Virus record (IMG/VR): IMGVR_UViG_3300042922_000725
Coordinates: 28,584 to 92,583 of that record
Reading direction: 5' to 3' (one strand)
Length of the DNA stretch: 64,000 nucleotides
Source of the DNA: a virus
The notes beneath the pieces were generated by a model that worked only from the letters and a program-made list of their open reading frames with translations, was not told the origin of the DNA and ran no database searches. Shown piece after piece: positions 18,378 through 28,975 of this stretch. Made by a program: the position numbers and the translations under genes. The stretch's first letter is position 1. Each line of letters opens with the position of its first letter.

Positions 18378-19910
18378 ATGGTAACAAATAAAAGTAACGA
18401 AGAAATAATAAAAAAGATAAATGAACTTTACATATTAAACAGATGGAAATATTTAATCTTAAACAAAGAAGGAGAATATAGAACAAATATATACCAAAAG
18501 AACAATCCTAAAGATGGAACGCAACCTTTAACAGATTGGAGGATTGATTTTCACTTACAGGGTAAACAGACTATAGGTGTATTTGCGGGAAAGAAAAATA
18601 ATATAGAAATAAGTAAATTTATATGTTTTGATATTGATTTACAAGATAAAACTTTATCACATAAACAAAATAAAGAGTTGTCAAAATGGTGTGTTTATAA
18701 AATATTTAATGAATTACAAAATTGTGGAATAAGTGAAGAATTTATCAATATATCATTTTCAGGAAAGAAAGGATACCACATTGAATTGTTTTTTGATATG
18801 CCTATAGAAGTTTCTATTTTAAAGAAATTTTACAATTATATACTTAATCAAATTTCTTTAAACCAGAATGAAGTAGAATTTAGACCCACTTATAATCAAG
18901 GTGTTAAAATTCCATTAGGGTTAAATTTTAAAAACACTGAAATGTTTGAAGATAATAAATGTTGGTATGTAACATATGAAAATGGTTTAAAACCAATAAA
19001 GAAAACAAAATACATTTTAAACATAAAGCAGCTCGACAATATTTATTTTAGGTTGTTAATGGATAAAATTTTTGATAACAACGAAGAAACAAATAATAAT
19101 ATAAGCGATTATTCTTATATTAAAATCAATCATAAACCATTAAAGTCATATAAAGAAAATATTGATAAAGATATTACAATAGAATCAATTGAAAAATTAG
19201 AGAAAATGGGATTAACGACATATGGAACAAGACATAATTCAATTCTAAAACTTTCAAAATATTATAGATATTTAGGATTAACTAAAGAAGATGCAATGCT
19301 TGAATTAAAACAGTGGATGTCATCGCAAGATAAAAGATTGTATAGTACATCTTGGGATGAATGTATAAAAGAAATTGAAAGAATAGTATCTATTACATAT
19401 AATAATGAATATCAGCTAGTTACAACAATCAAAGATATAAATATATATTATGAAGAAATGAAACAAATACTAAATCTTAAAAACAAAAATGAAAAATTAT
19501 TGATGTATTCATTTTTAATACATGGAAAACGCTATGCTAATAAGTATGGTGTTTTTTATTTTCCATATTCTTTGATAGAGAAAACCACTGGATTAACTGA
19601 TAAAACAATAACTAAGCTCATTAATGCTTTGGAAGAAGATAATTATATTGAAATATTATCAAGAAATCAAAATTCAATAAAAAACGGAGTATTTGTTGGC
19701 AAGGAAACTAATAAATATAAAATTAAAATTGAAATCATTAGTGATGAAGACTTTTATACTATACATGAAAATGATGTAATAATAGACACATTTAATAGAT
19801 GTATAGTTAAATGGTTTGATAAGAAAGAAATAAAAGACTTATGTGGCAGAAGACATTATGAGTCTATTCTAGAATATATAGAGAATAATAATATAATAAC
19901 CACAGCTTAG
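18378..19910 (+). CDS. Archaeo-eukaryotic primase-family protein (TOTE-type AEP + PriCT-like + C-terminal wHTH)
   Basis: HLQGKQTIGVF, FICFDID (motif I), SGKKGYH (motif II), VKIPLG, GTRHNS. Confidence 0.8.
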   Translation: MVTNKSNEEIIKKINELYILNRWKYLILNKEGEYRTNIYQKNNPKDGTQPLTDWRIDFHLQGKQTIGVFAGKKNNIEISKFICFDIDLQDKTLSHKQNKELSKWCVYKIFNELQNCGISEEFINISFSGKKGYHIELFFDMPIEVSILKKFYNYILNQISLNQNEVEFRPTYNQGVKIPLGLNFKNTEMFEDNKCWYVTYENGLKPIKKTKYILNIKQLDNIYFRLLMDKIFDNNEETNNNISDYSYIKINHKPLKSYKENIDKDITIESIEKLEKMGLTTYGTRHNSILKLSKYYRYLGLTKEDAMLELKQWMSSQDKRLYSTSWDECIKEIERIVSITYNNEYQLVTTIKDINIYYEEMKQILNLKNKNEKLLMYSFLIHGKRYANKYGVFYFPYSLIEKTTGLTDKTITKLINALEEDNYIEILSRNQNSIKNGVFVGKETNKYKIKIEIISDEDFYTIHENDVIIDTFNRCIVKWFDKKEIKDLCGRRHYESILEYIENNNIITTA

Positions 19911-20434
19911 TAAATGGTTTTAAATTGTTTGATGTTATAATAGTTATTTACCGTAATTTTGACACTTTTTATTAAAAAACAACTCATTTATAAGTTAAAA
20001 GTCGTATTGGTATTTCTTTATCACGACATAGTTGTAACCATTGATATTACTAGATTTTATGATTAAATTCCCATACAAATGTATTGGGATTGGAGGATTA
20101 TATATTAAATTTTTATATCCATCAAATAAATATTGACAAACTCAAATAAATCAATTAAACTATAATTACAGCAGAAGAAAACATCAAAATAACAAAAATA
20201 ACTATAATTAAACACCTCACAAATGGCTTAAAATGGTCAAGAAAAGTAACAATATTTGATTATAAACAACAAAACGATAAAGATTACGACTATGATTCTA
20301 AAAATGAATTGTAGAGCATTTTAGTGAACTAATGATAAAAGCTCCTTTTTAATATTATAAGTGACAAGTAGTGAGAAAAATATTTTACATATAATATATA
20401 AAAATAGTATAATGGTGTTATATAAAGGAGAGAT

Positions 20435-20974
20435 TTGACTATGGGAATGAAAGATAATAAGCCAAAAGTAACTCAAAATAGATTGTTTGAACCGGGGGAT
20501 AGAGGTAAACCAAAAGTAATTAATAAAGAAACTAAACAAGAAGAAAATAACAAATCTAAAATGGTTGATTTAAACAATCTTGATGAAGAAAGTGCTAATT
20601 ATATTAGTGAGGTTGTAAAGAAACATGTAACTGAGCAGCTTAGAGAGGTTATGAGCGAATTATATGATACTGGAATGATAGACTATAAAACAGAAATACA
20701 TGTGAATAAAACTGTGATTGAAAATATAATAAAAAATCAAGGTAACAAAAACAAGCTTACTAATTTAGAAGTTGGTAGCGGTCTTGATGAATATATTAAA
20801 GACAATGGAATTAGTAAAACCATCTTAGGTGATTATGTAGGAATAAGCCGAGGAACATTGTTCAATATTATAAAAAATCCTAATACTGTAAGTTTAATTA
20901 ATGCAAAGAAGTTATCAATTGCTTTAGGTATAGATATTGAAAAATTATTTCCTACTATATATTCAGAAGAATAA
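20435..20974 (+). CDS. XRE-family regulator with C-terminal HTH (cassette B)
   Basis: GISKTILGDYVGISRGTLFNII...SL.NA.KLSIALG..IEKLF. Confidence 0.8.
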   Translation: MTMGMKDNKPKVTQNRLFEPGDRGKPKVINKETKQEENNKSKMVDLNNLDEESANYISEVVKKHVTEQLREVMSELYDTGMIDYKTEIHVNKTVIENIIKNQGNKNKLTNLEVGSGLDEYIKDNGISKTILGDYVGISRGTLFNIIKNPNTVSLINAKKLSIALGIDIEKLFPTIYSEE

Positions 20975-20990
20975 AGCACAAAAATATAAA

Positions 20991-21065
20991 TGTACAAAAT
21001 GTTGAACAAAAATATATAAAATATTAAACAATTGTGTTGACAATTTTGAACAGACTCCTTATAAT
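20991..21065 (+). promoter_or_regulatory. Consensus sigma-A promoter with two 18-bp operator-like palindromes (cassette B)
   Basis: TTGACA(21037)-17-TATAAT(21060); tgtacaaaatgttgaaca (20991-21008) and tgttgacaattttgaaca (21035-21052). Confidence 0.75.
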
Positions 21066-21118
21066 AAAATTAAGGGTTGGTTAATCATACCAATAATAAT
21101 TATGAGGAGTTGTTACAT

Positions 21119-21400
21119 ATGGAAGATATAGTTAAAGAGTTAGACAAGGCTTTAGAAAATATGAAAGGTCAATTGGTATCTATTGATTATGAGACTAAAA
21201 GATTCACACCATTTTATCATGAAGTTTATTTCTTGGGATTTACAGATTATGAAGGAATACATATCGGTAGCGATGCGTTCACAAGTTGTATAACGTGGGA
21301 ATATGTAGAAGATATTGTGGTTAAGATATTTGGTGATAATATTGGATTTACTGTATATATGGATGATGAAAGTGTTGTTAGGGTTAGTAATGGGGAGTAA
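21119..21400 (+). CDS. Small hypothetical effector, paralogue of 35378
   Basis: gaggag RBS before ATG 21119; shares LVSI.YETK.F.PFY...YFLG.TD.EGIHIGSD..TSC..WE. Confidence 0.8.
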   Translation: MEDIVKELDKALENMKGQLVSIDYETKRFTPFYHEVYFLGFTDYEGIHIGSDAFTSCITWEYVEDIVVKIFGDNIGFTVYMDDESVVRVSNGE

Positions 21401-21429
21401 TACATAGATTATTTTTAGGAGGATGTCAA

Positions 21430-21681
21430 ATGAGTAAATCAAGTTTAACTAGAAGAAATATGTATTATAAATACAATAAGATGAAAAAAGAAAAAGCCAA
21501 AGAAAGAGAAATTCAGGAATATTTAAAAGAAGAAAGAGATAAGAAAATTTGGGATAGTCTAACACCACAACAGCAAAGAATGAGTTTAGAAAACAAGAAA
21601 GCAGAAAATGAAAACAATTTAATATGGGGACTTCTAATAGTTGCCGTAGTATTTTTTCTAATGATTATTACTAATGGATAA
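21430..21681 (+). CDS. Small basic protein with C-terminal TM anchor
   Basis: aggagg RBS; LIWGLLIVAVVFFLMII. Confidence 0.65.
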   Translation: MSKSSLTRRNMYYKYNKMKKEKAKEREIQEYLKEERDKKIWDSLTPQQQRMSLENKKAENENNLIWGLLIVAVVFFLMIITNG

Positions 21682-21764
21682 TAATATAAACCTATTCCAT
21701 TTATATATAATATGTATTATAATGGTATTAATGTATAAATAAATGAAATAGGAGTGGAATTTAG

Positions 21765-22268
21765 GTGACTTGGATTTTTATAATTGCACTAATAGGTATT
21801 TTTATTGTCGTCATTGGCTCAGTATCTTATAACCTACAAGAAGAAACTAATCTTCCCAATATGATTTATTCAAAATCATTGGTAGTTTATATTGGAGGGT
21901 TTCCAGAAATAAGCGGAGGAGAAAATCTAAAAGTAAATCTAAAATTAAATTCTGAAAAATTATTGATTGAATTTTTTACAAAAAAACTAGCTAAAGATAT
22001 TAAAATAGAGGATATTATAGATGCAGAATGTTCTACTGAAGAACAAATTTCTAAAGACATAACATTAGGAAGATTAATTGTATTTGGAGCTTTAGCTTTT
22101 GGATTAAAAAAGAACAATAAAATAACTAGAAAATATGCAGTAATAACATATAAAGATGAGTTTGGTAAACAAAGAAGTCTGGTATTTGAAACATACCCTG
22201 ATGAATTAATTAAAAATATATTAGACTTAAAAAGAATTGAATTTAAAAATAATAGCATTAATATATGA
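21765..22268 (+). CDS. Single-pass membrane moron protein (PH-like domain)
   Basis: N-terminal TM; ITLGRLIVFGALAFGLKK motif; apparent own promoter (TATAAT near 21718). Confidence 0.6.
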   Translation: MTWIFIIALIGIFIVVIGSVSYNLQEETNLPNMIYSKSLVVYIGGFPEISGGENLKVNLKLNSEKLLIEFFTKKLAKDIKIEDIIDAECSTEEQISKDITLGRLIVFGALAFGLKKNNKITRKYAVITYKDEFGKQRSLVFETYPDELIKNILDLKRIEFKNNSINI

Positions 22269-22339
22269 GATAAGATTATTTTCTTATCTTTTTTATATTC
22301 ATCAACAATCAAATATAAATAATTAGGAGGAAATATATT

Positions 22340-22867
22340 ATGGGAATTAAATTAAGTGAAATAGAGAAATTAACTGAAAGAAAATTAATAATTGAGGATG
22401 GAAAACCGTTTTGGCAAGAAAGAGTTTTGCGTGGAACTATTAATTTTAAACCTATGAGCATTGAATTGGGAGATAGTTTAAAAAATAATGCAGTTTCTAA
22501 ATTTACTAAAGATACCACAGATAACGAAGCCGCTTACATACTTATTCCTTTATTAACAGACATAGAAGACGATATAGATTTTGAAAGATTTGAAAAAATT
22601 ATAGGAAGTGGAAATGTTGTAGCTATAACTTTACTTGATGGTGTATTAGATATGTTTGAAGAAATAATTAATTATAGTAATGAATTAGAAAAAATACAAA
22701 ATAAATCCAAAAGAATAAATGAAAAATTACCACAAGTTAACCCTTTAGAATTAAAAAAGCAAGAGTTAGAAAATTTATATAAAAAATTTGCTGTGGTTAA
22801 TGATAATAAGGAAAGAGATGAAATTTTAAAAAGAGTAATAGAATTAAAAAATGAAATAGGTGAGTAA
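22340..22867 (+). CDS. Tail assembly chaperone-like protein
   Basis: Position upstream of the TMP; acidic helical protein. Confidence 0.5.
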   Translation: MGIKLSEIEKLTERKLIIEDGKPFWQERVLRGTINFKPMSIELGDSLKNNAVSKFTKDTTDNEAAYILIPLLTDIEDDIDFERFEKIIGSGNVVAITLLDGVLDMFEEIINYSNELEKIQNKSKRINEKLPQVNPLELKKQELENLYKKFAVVNDNKERDEILKRVIELKNEIGE

Positions 22868-22869
22868 TT

Positions 22870-23328
22870 TTGGATAGAGAAGATGAGCTATATTTAAAAG
22901 AACTCCTAAAAGAATATAAAGAAGATATTAAAAAGATTGAAAGAGATATAAAGAAGATTTGGAGTGATACAATAGAAGATACTGTTTATAGTCAAATAGA
23001 GTTACAATATTACGCCGATGGTAGTAGAGAAAGAACTTATCAGCTAAGAGACATGGTTACATCTAAAATAGAAGGTGATATGCTATATGTGTATGCTGAT
23101 ACTAGCAATATGCAATATTATAGTTTTGGCAGAAGAAGTCATCCTGTAAGTGGAGAAGATGTTTTAGGATGGGTAAATGATGGACACCATGAAAGCGGAT
23201 ATGAAGGAGTAAATGATAATTTTAGAGATTATAATGGAAGATATTTTTTAGAAGAGTTCTATAGACGAGTAAAAGAAAAATATTCTCAATATGAAATAGA
23301 ATTAATTAATAATAGTGATTTTGTGTAA
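22870..23328 (+). CDS. Tail completion/neck protein (HK97 gp10-like)
   Basis: VY...Y.....RT.QL and GRYFLE motifs; TTG start. Confidence 0.5.
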   Translation: MDREDELYLKELLKEYKEDIKKIERDIKKIWSDTIEDTVYSQIELQYYADGSRERTYQLRDMVTSKIEGDMLYVYADTSNMQYYSFGRRSHPVSGEDVLGWVNDGHHESGYEGVNDNFRDYNGRYFLEEFYRRVKEKYSQYEIELINNSDFV

Positions 23329-23380
23329 GGAAGTTATAATGTAACTTCCTTTTAATATTGTTTAAAGGGAGTGAATTATA

Positions 23381-26300
23381 ATGAAAGGGATAGGATTACG
23401 ATTTTCTAATATAGAAGAATTAAAGAAACAGTTTGATAATCTTCTTAATGATTTAAAATCAAAGGCTGATAAAAATCCAATATCAATAAATTTTGATGAC
23501 TTAACAAAAAGATTAGTAGATGTTGAAAATAAAGTTAATGAATCTACTAAAAGAATAGGGAAAATGACAGCTAAATCAGTTGAAAATGCTTTAACTGGTG
23601 TTAATTATAAAGATTTTCAATCAAAATTAAATGAAGTTGTAAATGGACTAAATAAAAGTGGAAATCAAGTTTCTGATATATTTACAACGATAGATGCAAA
23701 AACAGAAGCTATAACAGGAGCAACTGTAAAATATACAGATAGTTTAGGTAAAACAATAACTGAAGTATATAAATTAAAAACTGCATGGAAAAACATGAAA
23801 GATGATGAAGGTAATTTTGTTTTAGATAATAAGGGTAACAAAGTAAAACAATTAAATATGGAATTAAAACCTTCTACTATTTCTTATGATAATAATATTG
23901 CAAAACAACAACAAGATAATTACAAGAAGTTAAATGATTTATTAAATAGTACATATAATAATAAAAAGAAAATTGCTCAATTAGATGAAAAAAGTCAAAG
24001 TGGAGAATATGCTAACCAGTTACGTTCACAGATTTCTGATAATGAAAGAAAATATAATGAAATATATAATTCTGTAATAAAAATAGGGGACGAAGAAGAA
24101 ACTTTAGCCATCAATGCAAAACAAACAAATGATTTATTAGAGAAAAGAAAAAAAATAGAACAAGATATATCTTTATTAATAACTAAGCAAAACGATGCGA
24201 CCTTAAGAAAAACATCTACAACAACTAGTGGACAAAGAAATTTAGGAGAAGAAGTAAAGTTAGGAATTCCAATAAATTTTGAAGCCTCAAGAGCGGATTT
24301 GAATGCATACTCAAAGGCTGTCGCCGGAAGTGGAGCAGAATGGACTAGAGTTACTCCAAAAATTGATGCTGCTGGAAATAAAATAAAAGAAGTTAATGTA
24401 AGGGTTAAAGAAGGTTCTGATAAATGGCGTATGTACCAAATGACCTTAGATGAATCAACAGGAAAACTTTATAAGGTTGACAGGGGTTTGTCCGATTTAA
24501 ATAATCGACAATTAGGATTTATAGAGTCGACAAAAATTGCTATAGCACGTATAGCTGAATGGGGCATTTCAACAATGGCTGTATATGGAACTATAAGAAA
24601 GATAAGAGAAGGCGTAGAATTTATTAATTCTTTAAATAAAGCTCAAACGAACATTCAAATGGTAGGCGGCTATTCTCGAAAAGAGGTTCAAGGTTTAACA
24701 AGCGATTATTCGAAATTAGCAGACCAATTATACACAACCACAGATGCTATAATGGCAAGTTCTGAGGAGTTTTTAAGGGCAGGTAATTCTATAGAAGAAA
24801 CAAACTCATTATTGCAAGCCACAGCTATTGGAGGAGCAATTTCAGGACAAGAATCAAGTGCTATGGCAGAACAATTAATAGCCATTTCTAACGGTTTTAA
24901 AATGGCTACTGGGGATGCAAAACAAATGATGAGTGTTATAGACACACTGTCAATTCTTGACAATTCCTCGGCGACTTCCATGAAAGAGATATCTGAAGCA
25001 ATTATGAGAACGGCTTCATCTGCACAAATGGCAGGAGTTTCGTTTAAAGATTTGAGCGCATATATTGCCACAGTTTCTTCTGTTACAAGAAAAAGTGCCT
25101 CTAGCATAGGAGAATCATACAAAAGTATATTTTCTAGGTATCAGGACGTTAAAGGTGGAAAAAATTTTGACTCAGACGAAGAAGATATTTCAAATGTTGA
25201 AAGGGATTTTCGTAAATATGCTGATATATCTATAAGAAGCGCAAAAGGGGAGTTCAAAGATTTTGGAGTTGTACTTGATGAACTTAGTGGTAAGTGGTCT
25301 ACTCTTAGTACTGTTGCTAAAAGTGCAGTCACTAAAGCGCTTGCTGGAACAAGACAAAGAGAGAATCTACTGGTGCTGCTAAATGAGATGGGGCAAGTTA
25401 GAACATTACAAGAAAAAATAGAAGAAGGTGCAGGTTCAGCAAAGGCTAAGTTTGATGAAGCTTATGGAAAGTCTACAGAAGCTCAAATAAATAAATTAAC
25501 AAATAGCACACAAAGATTATACATGTCTATGTTTAATAGCGATATGATAAACAGTGCAATTGGAGGATTAAATACGTTTGTTGAATATTTACAAACTATT
25601 TCAGAAAGTTCAATTGAAACAAAAATAGGAATTGTGGCATTAACTGGAGTGATAGTAGCTATGGGTATTGCAATAAAGAAAAATGGAATAGATTCTTTAA
25701 ACACAAGTTTAGCTAGTTTGATTCCTAATATTACTAAATTTATATTTGGAGGTCAAGCTTTAACCACAATTTTGGGTGGTTTAAAAACCGCTTTTTCACT
25801 TTTGTTATCTCCAGTTGGATTGGTTGGAGTGGCTATAGGCGTTGTGACTGTCGCTATAGCAGGACATATAAAACACCAAAAACAGTTAAAGGAACAAACA
25901 GAATCATTATCTTCTAGCTATAAAAACTTAACTAATGCTATGAAAGAAAATAATGCGGAAACAATGAAATCAGAGCTTGACAATATTAAAAAGCAACAAA
26001 GTGAAATGAATAAATTAGTTTCTGAAAGAGCTGAATTAGAAAAGAAAATAGCAAGCGCAACTCCGGGTGGTGGTAATTATTCTGGTGCTGCTTATGCAAT
26101 GAAAGCTAATCAAGGATTATATAATCAACTTAATGCTGTAAATGACAAGATTGCAGAACAACAAAAAGTTATGGATTCAGCAGGAATTAGTGCAAAAGAA
26201 TTAGCTAAAGCAGAAATGATGGTTTCTAATAATGAAATAGCAAATCAAATCAAAAAGACAACAGAAGAAGAGTATAATAGAAAACAATCTATTTCAAATC

Positions 26301-28774
26301 TAATTCAAGAGTATCAATCTCTAAATGCAATAGAGAGTGCTAATACAACTCAAAAACAAAGAATGAGTCAAATAGCACAAGAATTACAAAGTAATATTCA
26401 GGGTTTAACAGTCACCAGAGACTCTGAGGGGAATTATATCATTCAAAACACAGACTTACTTGGAAAAGAAGTAAATATGTTAAATCAAGAAGGTCAAACC
26501 ATTGAAACATTGACAAATTTGAAACTTACAGATGCAAAGAATAGAGCTGAAATTGAAGTTGGTAATACAAAGATAACTTATTTAGAAGCTAAAAAAAGAA
26601 TATCTATATTACAAGAAGAAATGAAAGCTTATGAAAATGCTATGACATCAAGAATGTTAGGAATGACAGATGAACAAGATATTGAAAAACAAGGACGTTT
26701 ATATGAAAGATATATGTCAAACAGACAAAGTGTTCTTGGAGAATATCAAAGTTCAATAGATGCTTTAGACAAGATATTTGCAACAGGAGGAAATTACAAT
26801 AATGTTAATTCTTTAGAAACTGGAACAAGTTATACTCCTCCAGGCTCTTCATCCTCCGACAAATCCCAATCCCTAACAATAGACAATGCAAACACATATT
26901 CATCAATTATTGATACACAAAATTCATTACTTTCACAGCAAGATTCCTTACTATCAAAAATATCCGACACAATTTCTCAGCAAGAATCTTCAAATCAAAT
27001 AACAGAAGCTATATCAACTCAAAATCAATTATACACCGAACAACAGAAAAAACTTGATTTACTATATCAAACACGCGATAAATACACTAATGCAGAGCAA
27101 TCTGTAATAGATGCATTTTCTTCAAATGGTTGGTTAGGTGATCAAGATATTTACTCAATGAACCAACAAGATTTTGACTCAATATATGATACTGAATTTG
27201 GTGGAACTAGAGAATTCGGTACAGGTGAACAAGCTGAAAAAGATAAGCAAGCATTCCAAGACCGTGCTAATTTATTTAAATCATTATCATCTGAATGGTT
27301 AAAACTTAAAGATGCAATGGGTAAAACCAATGATGATATAGGTAAAATGGCTTATGATATGAATAAAACTTTAGTTGAAATGGATAAAAATGTATTAGAA
27401 AGTTACAACAAAAATCTTGAAGCAAGTTCTAAAAATCTAACTGAAAAAATGAAAGATTTAGATTTACAATTAAAACAGTTAGATGAAGGAGATTTGAAGG
27501 GTTCATCTGATATATTGTCCAAGAAATTAAAATTGGCAAATGATGAATTAAAATTAAGACAAGATTATTTAAATCAATTAAATGGAACAGTTACTTCATC
27601 TGTTGAAGGTGAAATTGAATTACGTAAAGCTATTGACAGTGCTAGTGATTCTGTAAGAGACCAAAAGGGAGTAGTAATTGATTTGCAAAAGTCAATGAAA
27701 GATGGTTTGGATAATCAAAAAAAACTTGTTGAAGATACTGAATCTAAGATTGTTGATGTTATTAAGAGTAGTGTTGAAAAGCAAAAGAAAGCTCTTGAGG
27801 AAAAATATAATAAGAAAAAGGAATTATTAGATAAGGAGTACAATCAAGAGAAGGATACACTTGACAAGATTCAAGATTTATATAATCGTTCTAATGAAAC
27901 CGATGATTATGAAAAAAATCTCAAGAAAGAAAAAGAAGTTGCCAATAACATTGACTCTCAAATAGCAAATGCAAGATTAGATAAGAGCTTAGAAGGACAA
28001 AAACGACTTAGAGAATTAGAAGCTCAAAAAGTAACTCAACAAGAAAAAATTGACGAAATGGTGCTTGAACGAACTAGAGATTTAAATAATCAAATGTTTG
28101 ATGATAGTAAGGAAGCATTAGATAAGAAACATGAAGCGGAAACTTTAGCCTTAGATGAAAAATATAATAAAGATGTGAAAAGATTGGATGATTTCTATAC
28201 AGAAGCTAAAATACAAGCAATAGCACATCAAGCTATTATAGATGGGACGTTTGCTAATGCACAAGGTAGTATTGTTAGTATCTCTTCAGCATTTAAAGAC
28301 TTTACAATTGAATCCGGCACTAGTATTACAACTTTAGTTGATAAGGTTAATGAGTTTAATAATAGTTTAAAAAACGCAAGAGATATTATTAATAGTATGG
28401 GAAGTATGAATTTAAGTGCTAGTGTAGGAGTGTCTACATTGCCTAGTTATGCAGTTGGAGCAACATCTTTAATATCTGACCAAATAGCAGAAGTACATAA
28501 GAATGAAGCAATTATACCAGCAAACATGAACCCATTTTTAGGGGGTAAACCTTTGGATAACTTTATGAATTTATTTCCTAAGTCTCCTAGTATAACACCT
28601 ATGAGCAGTAGTAATGGAGGTATAACATTAAATGAACCATTCTTAGTAATCCAAGGAAGTGTAAATGAAAATGTAATGCCAGAAGTTAGAAGTTTGATTA
28701 AGGAAGGATTTAGTGAATTAACTAGAATGCAAAGAAGAAGTCAAAATATTAGTGGTCAAGTTGCAAGAGCTTAA
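23381..28774 (+). CDS. Tape measure protein
   Basis: 1797 aa helical protein; PhageMin_Tail-like core (S.S.IGES.KSIFSR, LAGTRQRENL); C-terminal YAVG...A.VHK.E.IIP. Confidence 0.92.
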   Translation: MKGIGLRFSNIEELKKQFDNLLNDLKSKADKNPISINFDDLTKRLVDVENKVNESTKRIGKMTAKSVENALTGVNYKDFQSKLNEVVNGLNKSGNQVSDIFTTIDAKTEAITGATVKYTDSLGKTITEVYKLKTAWKNMKDDEGNFVLDNKGNKVKQLNMELKPSTISYDNNIAKQQQDNYKKLNDLLNSTYNNKKKIAQLDEKSQSGEYANQLRSQISDNERKYNEIYNSVIKIGDEEETLAINAKQTNDLLEKRKKIEQDISLLITKQNDATLRKTSTTTSGQRNLGEEVKLGIPINFEASRADLNAYSKAVAGSGAEWTRVTPKIDAAGNKIKEVNVRVKEGSDKWRMYQMTLDESTGKLYKVDRGLSDLNNRQLGFIESTKIAIARIAEWGISTMAVYGTIRKIREGVEFINSLNKAQTNIQMVGGYSRKEVQGLTSDYSKLADQLYTTTDAIMASSEEFLRAGNSIEETNSLLQATAIGGAISGQESSAMAEQLIAISNGFKMATGDAKQMMSVIDTLSILDNSSATSMKEISEAIMRTASSAQMAGVSFKDLSAYIATVSSVTRKSASSIGESYKSIFSRYQDVKGGKNFDSDEEDISNVERDFRKYADISIRSAKGEFKDFGVVLDELSGKWSTLSTVAKSAVTKALAGTRQRENLLVLLNEMGQVRTLQEKIEEGAGSAKAKFDEAYGKSTEAQINKLTNSTQRLYMSMFNSDMINSAIGGLNTFVEYLQTISESSIETKIGIVALTGVIVAMGIAIKKNGIDSLNTSLASLIPNITKFIFGGQALTTILGGLKTAFSLLLSPVGLVGVAIGVVTVAIAGHIKHQKQLKEQTESLSSSYKNLTNAMKENNAETMKSELDNIKKQQSEMNKLVSERAELEKKIASATPGGGNYSGAAYAMKANQGLYNQLNAVNDKIAEQQKVMDSAGISAKELAKAEMMVSNNEIANQIKKTTEEEYNRKQSISNLIQEYQSLNAIESANTTQKQRMSQIAQELQSNIQGLTVTRDSEGNYIIQNTDLLGKEVNMLNQEGQTIETLTNLKLTDAKNRAEIEVGNTKITYLEAKKRISILQEEMKAYENAMTSRMLGMTDEQDIEKQGRLYERYMSNRQSVLGEYQSSIDALDKIFATGGNYNNVNSLETGTSYTPPGSSSSDKSQSLTIDNANTYSSIIDTQNSLLSQQDSLLSKISDTISQQESSNQITEAISTQNQLYTEQQKKLDLLYQTRDKYTNAEQSVIDAFSSNGWLGDQDIYSMNQQDFDSIYDTEFGGTREFGTGEQAEKDKQAFQDRANLFKSLSSEWLKLKDAMGKTNDDIGKMAYDMNKTLVEMDKNVLESYNKNLEASSKNLTEKMKDLDLQLKQLDEGDLKGSSDILSKKLKLANDELKLRQDYLNQLNGTVTSSVEGEIELRKAIDSASDSVRDQKGVVIDLQKSMKDGLDNQKKLVEDTESKIVDVIKSSVEKQKKALEEKYNKKKELLDKEYNQEKDTLDKIQDLYNRSNETDDYEKNLKKEKEVANNIDSQIANARLDKSLEGQKRLRELEAQKVTQQEKIDEMVLERTRDLNNQMFDDSKEALDKKHEAETLALDEKYNKDVKRLDDFYTEAKIQAIAHQAIIDGTFANAQGSIVSISSAFKDFTIESGTSITTLVDKVNEFNNSLKNARDIINSMGSMNLSASVGVSTLPSYAVGATSLISDQIAEVHKNEAIIPANMNPFLGGKPLDNFMNLFPKSPSITPMSSSNGGITLNEPFLVIQGSVNENVMPEVRSLIKEGFSELTRMQRRSQNISGQVARA

Positions 28775-28788
28775 TTATAATATATGAT

Positions 28789-28822
28789 AAGGAGTTGCAT
28801 TAAATTGTGACTCCTTTGTTTT
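28789..28822 (+). terminator. Intrinsic terminator after the TMP
   Basis: aaggagttgca...tgtgactccttt. Confidence 0.65.
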
Positions 28823-28975
28823 AAATTGAAAAATAATAAAAATATTTAATAAAATATAGGTAAACTTATTGACATGATTTTCCTCCTGTAGTATAATTGG
28901 ATTGTAAGGAAGAATATTCCTGCGGCGCATAAAATATATCAATAAAAAATAAATAAAAAAGGAGAAAATCAAAAT

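Noticed and set aside
22340-23380. Programmed frameshift of tail chaperones before the TMP
   Set aside because: No clear slippery-site/overlap arrangement; the two ORFs have separate starts and are followed by a terminator-like hairpin
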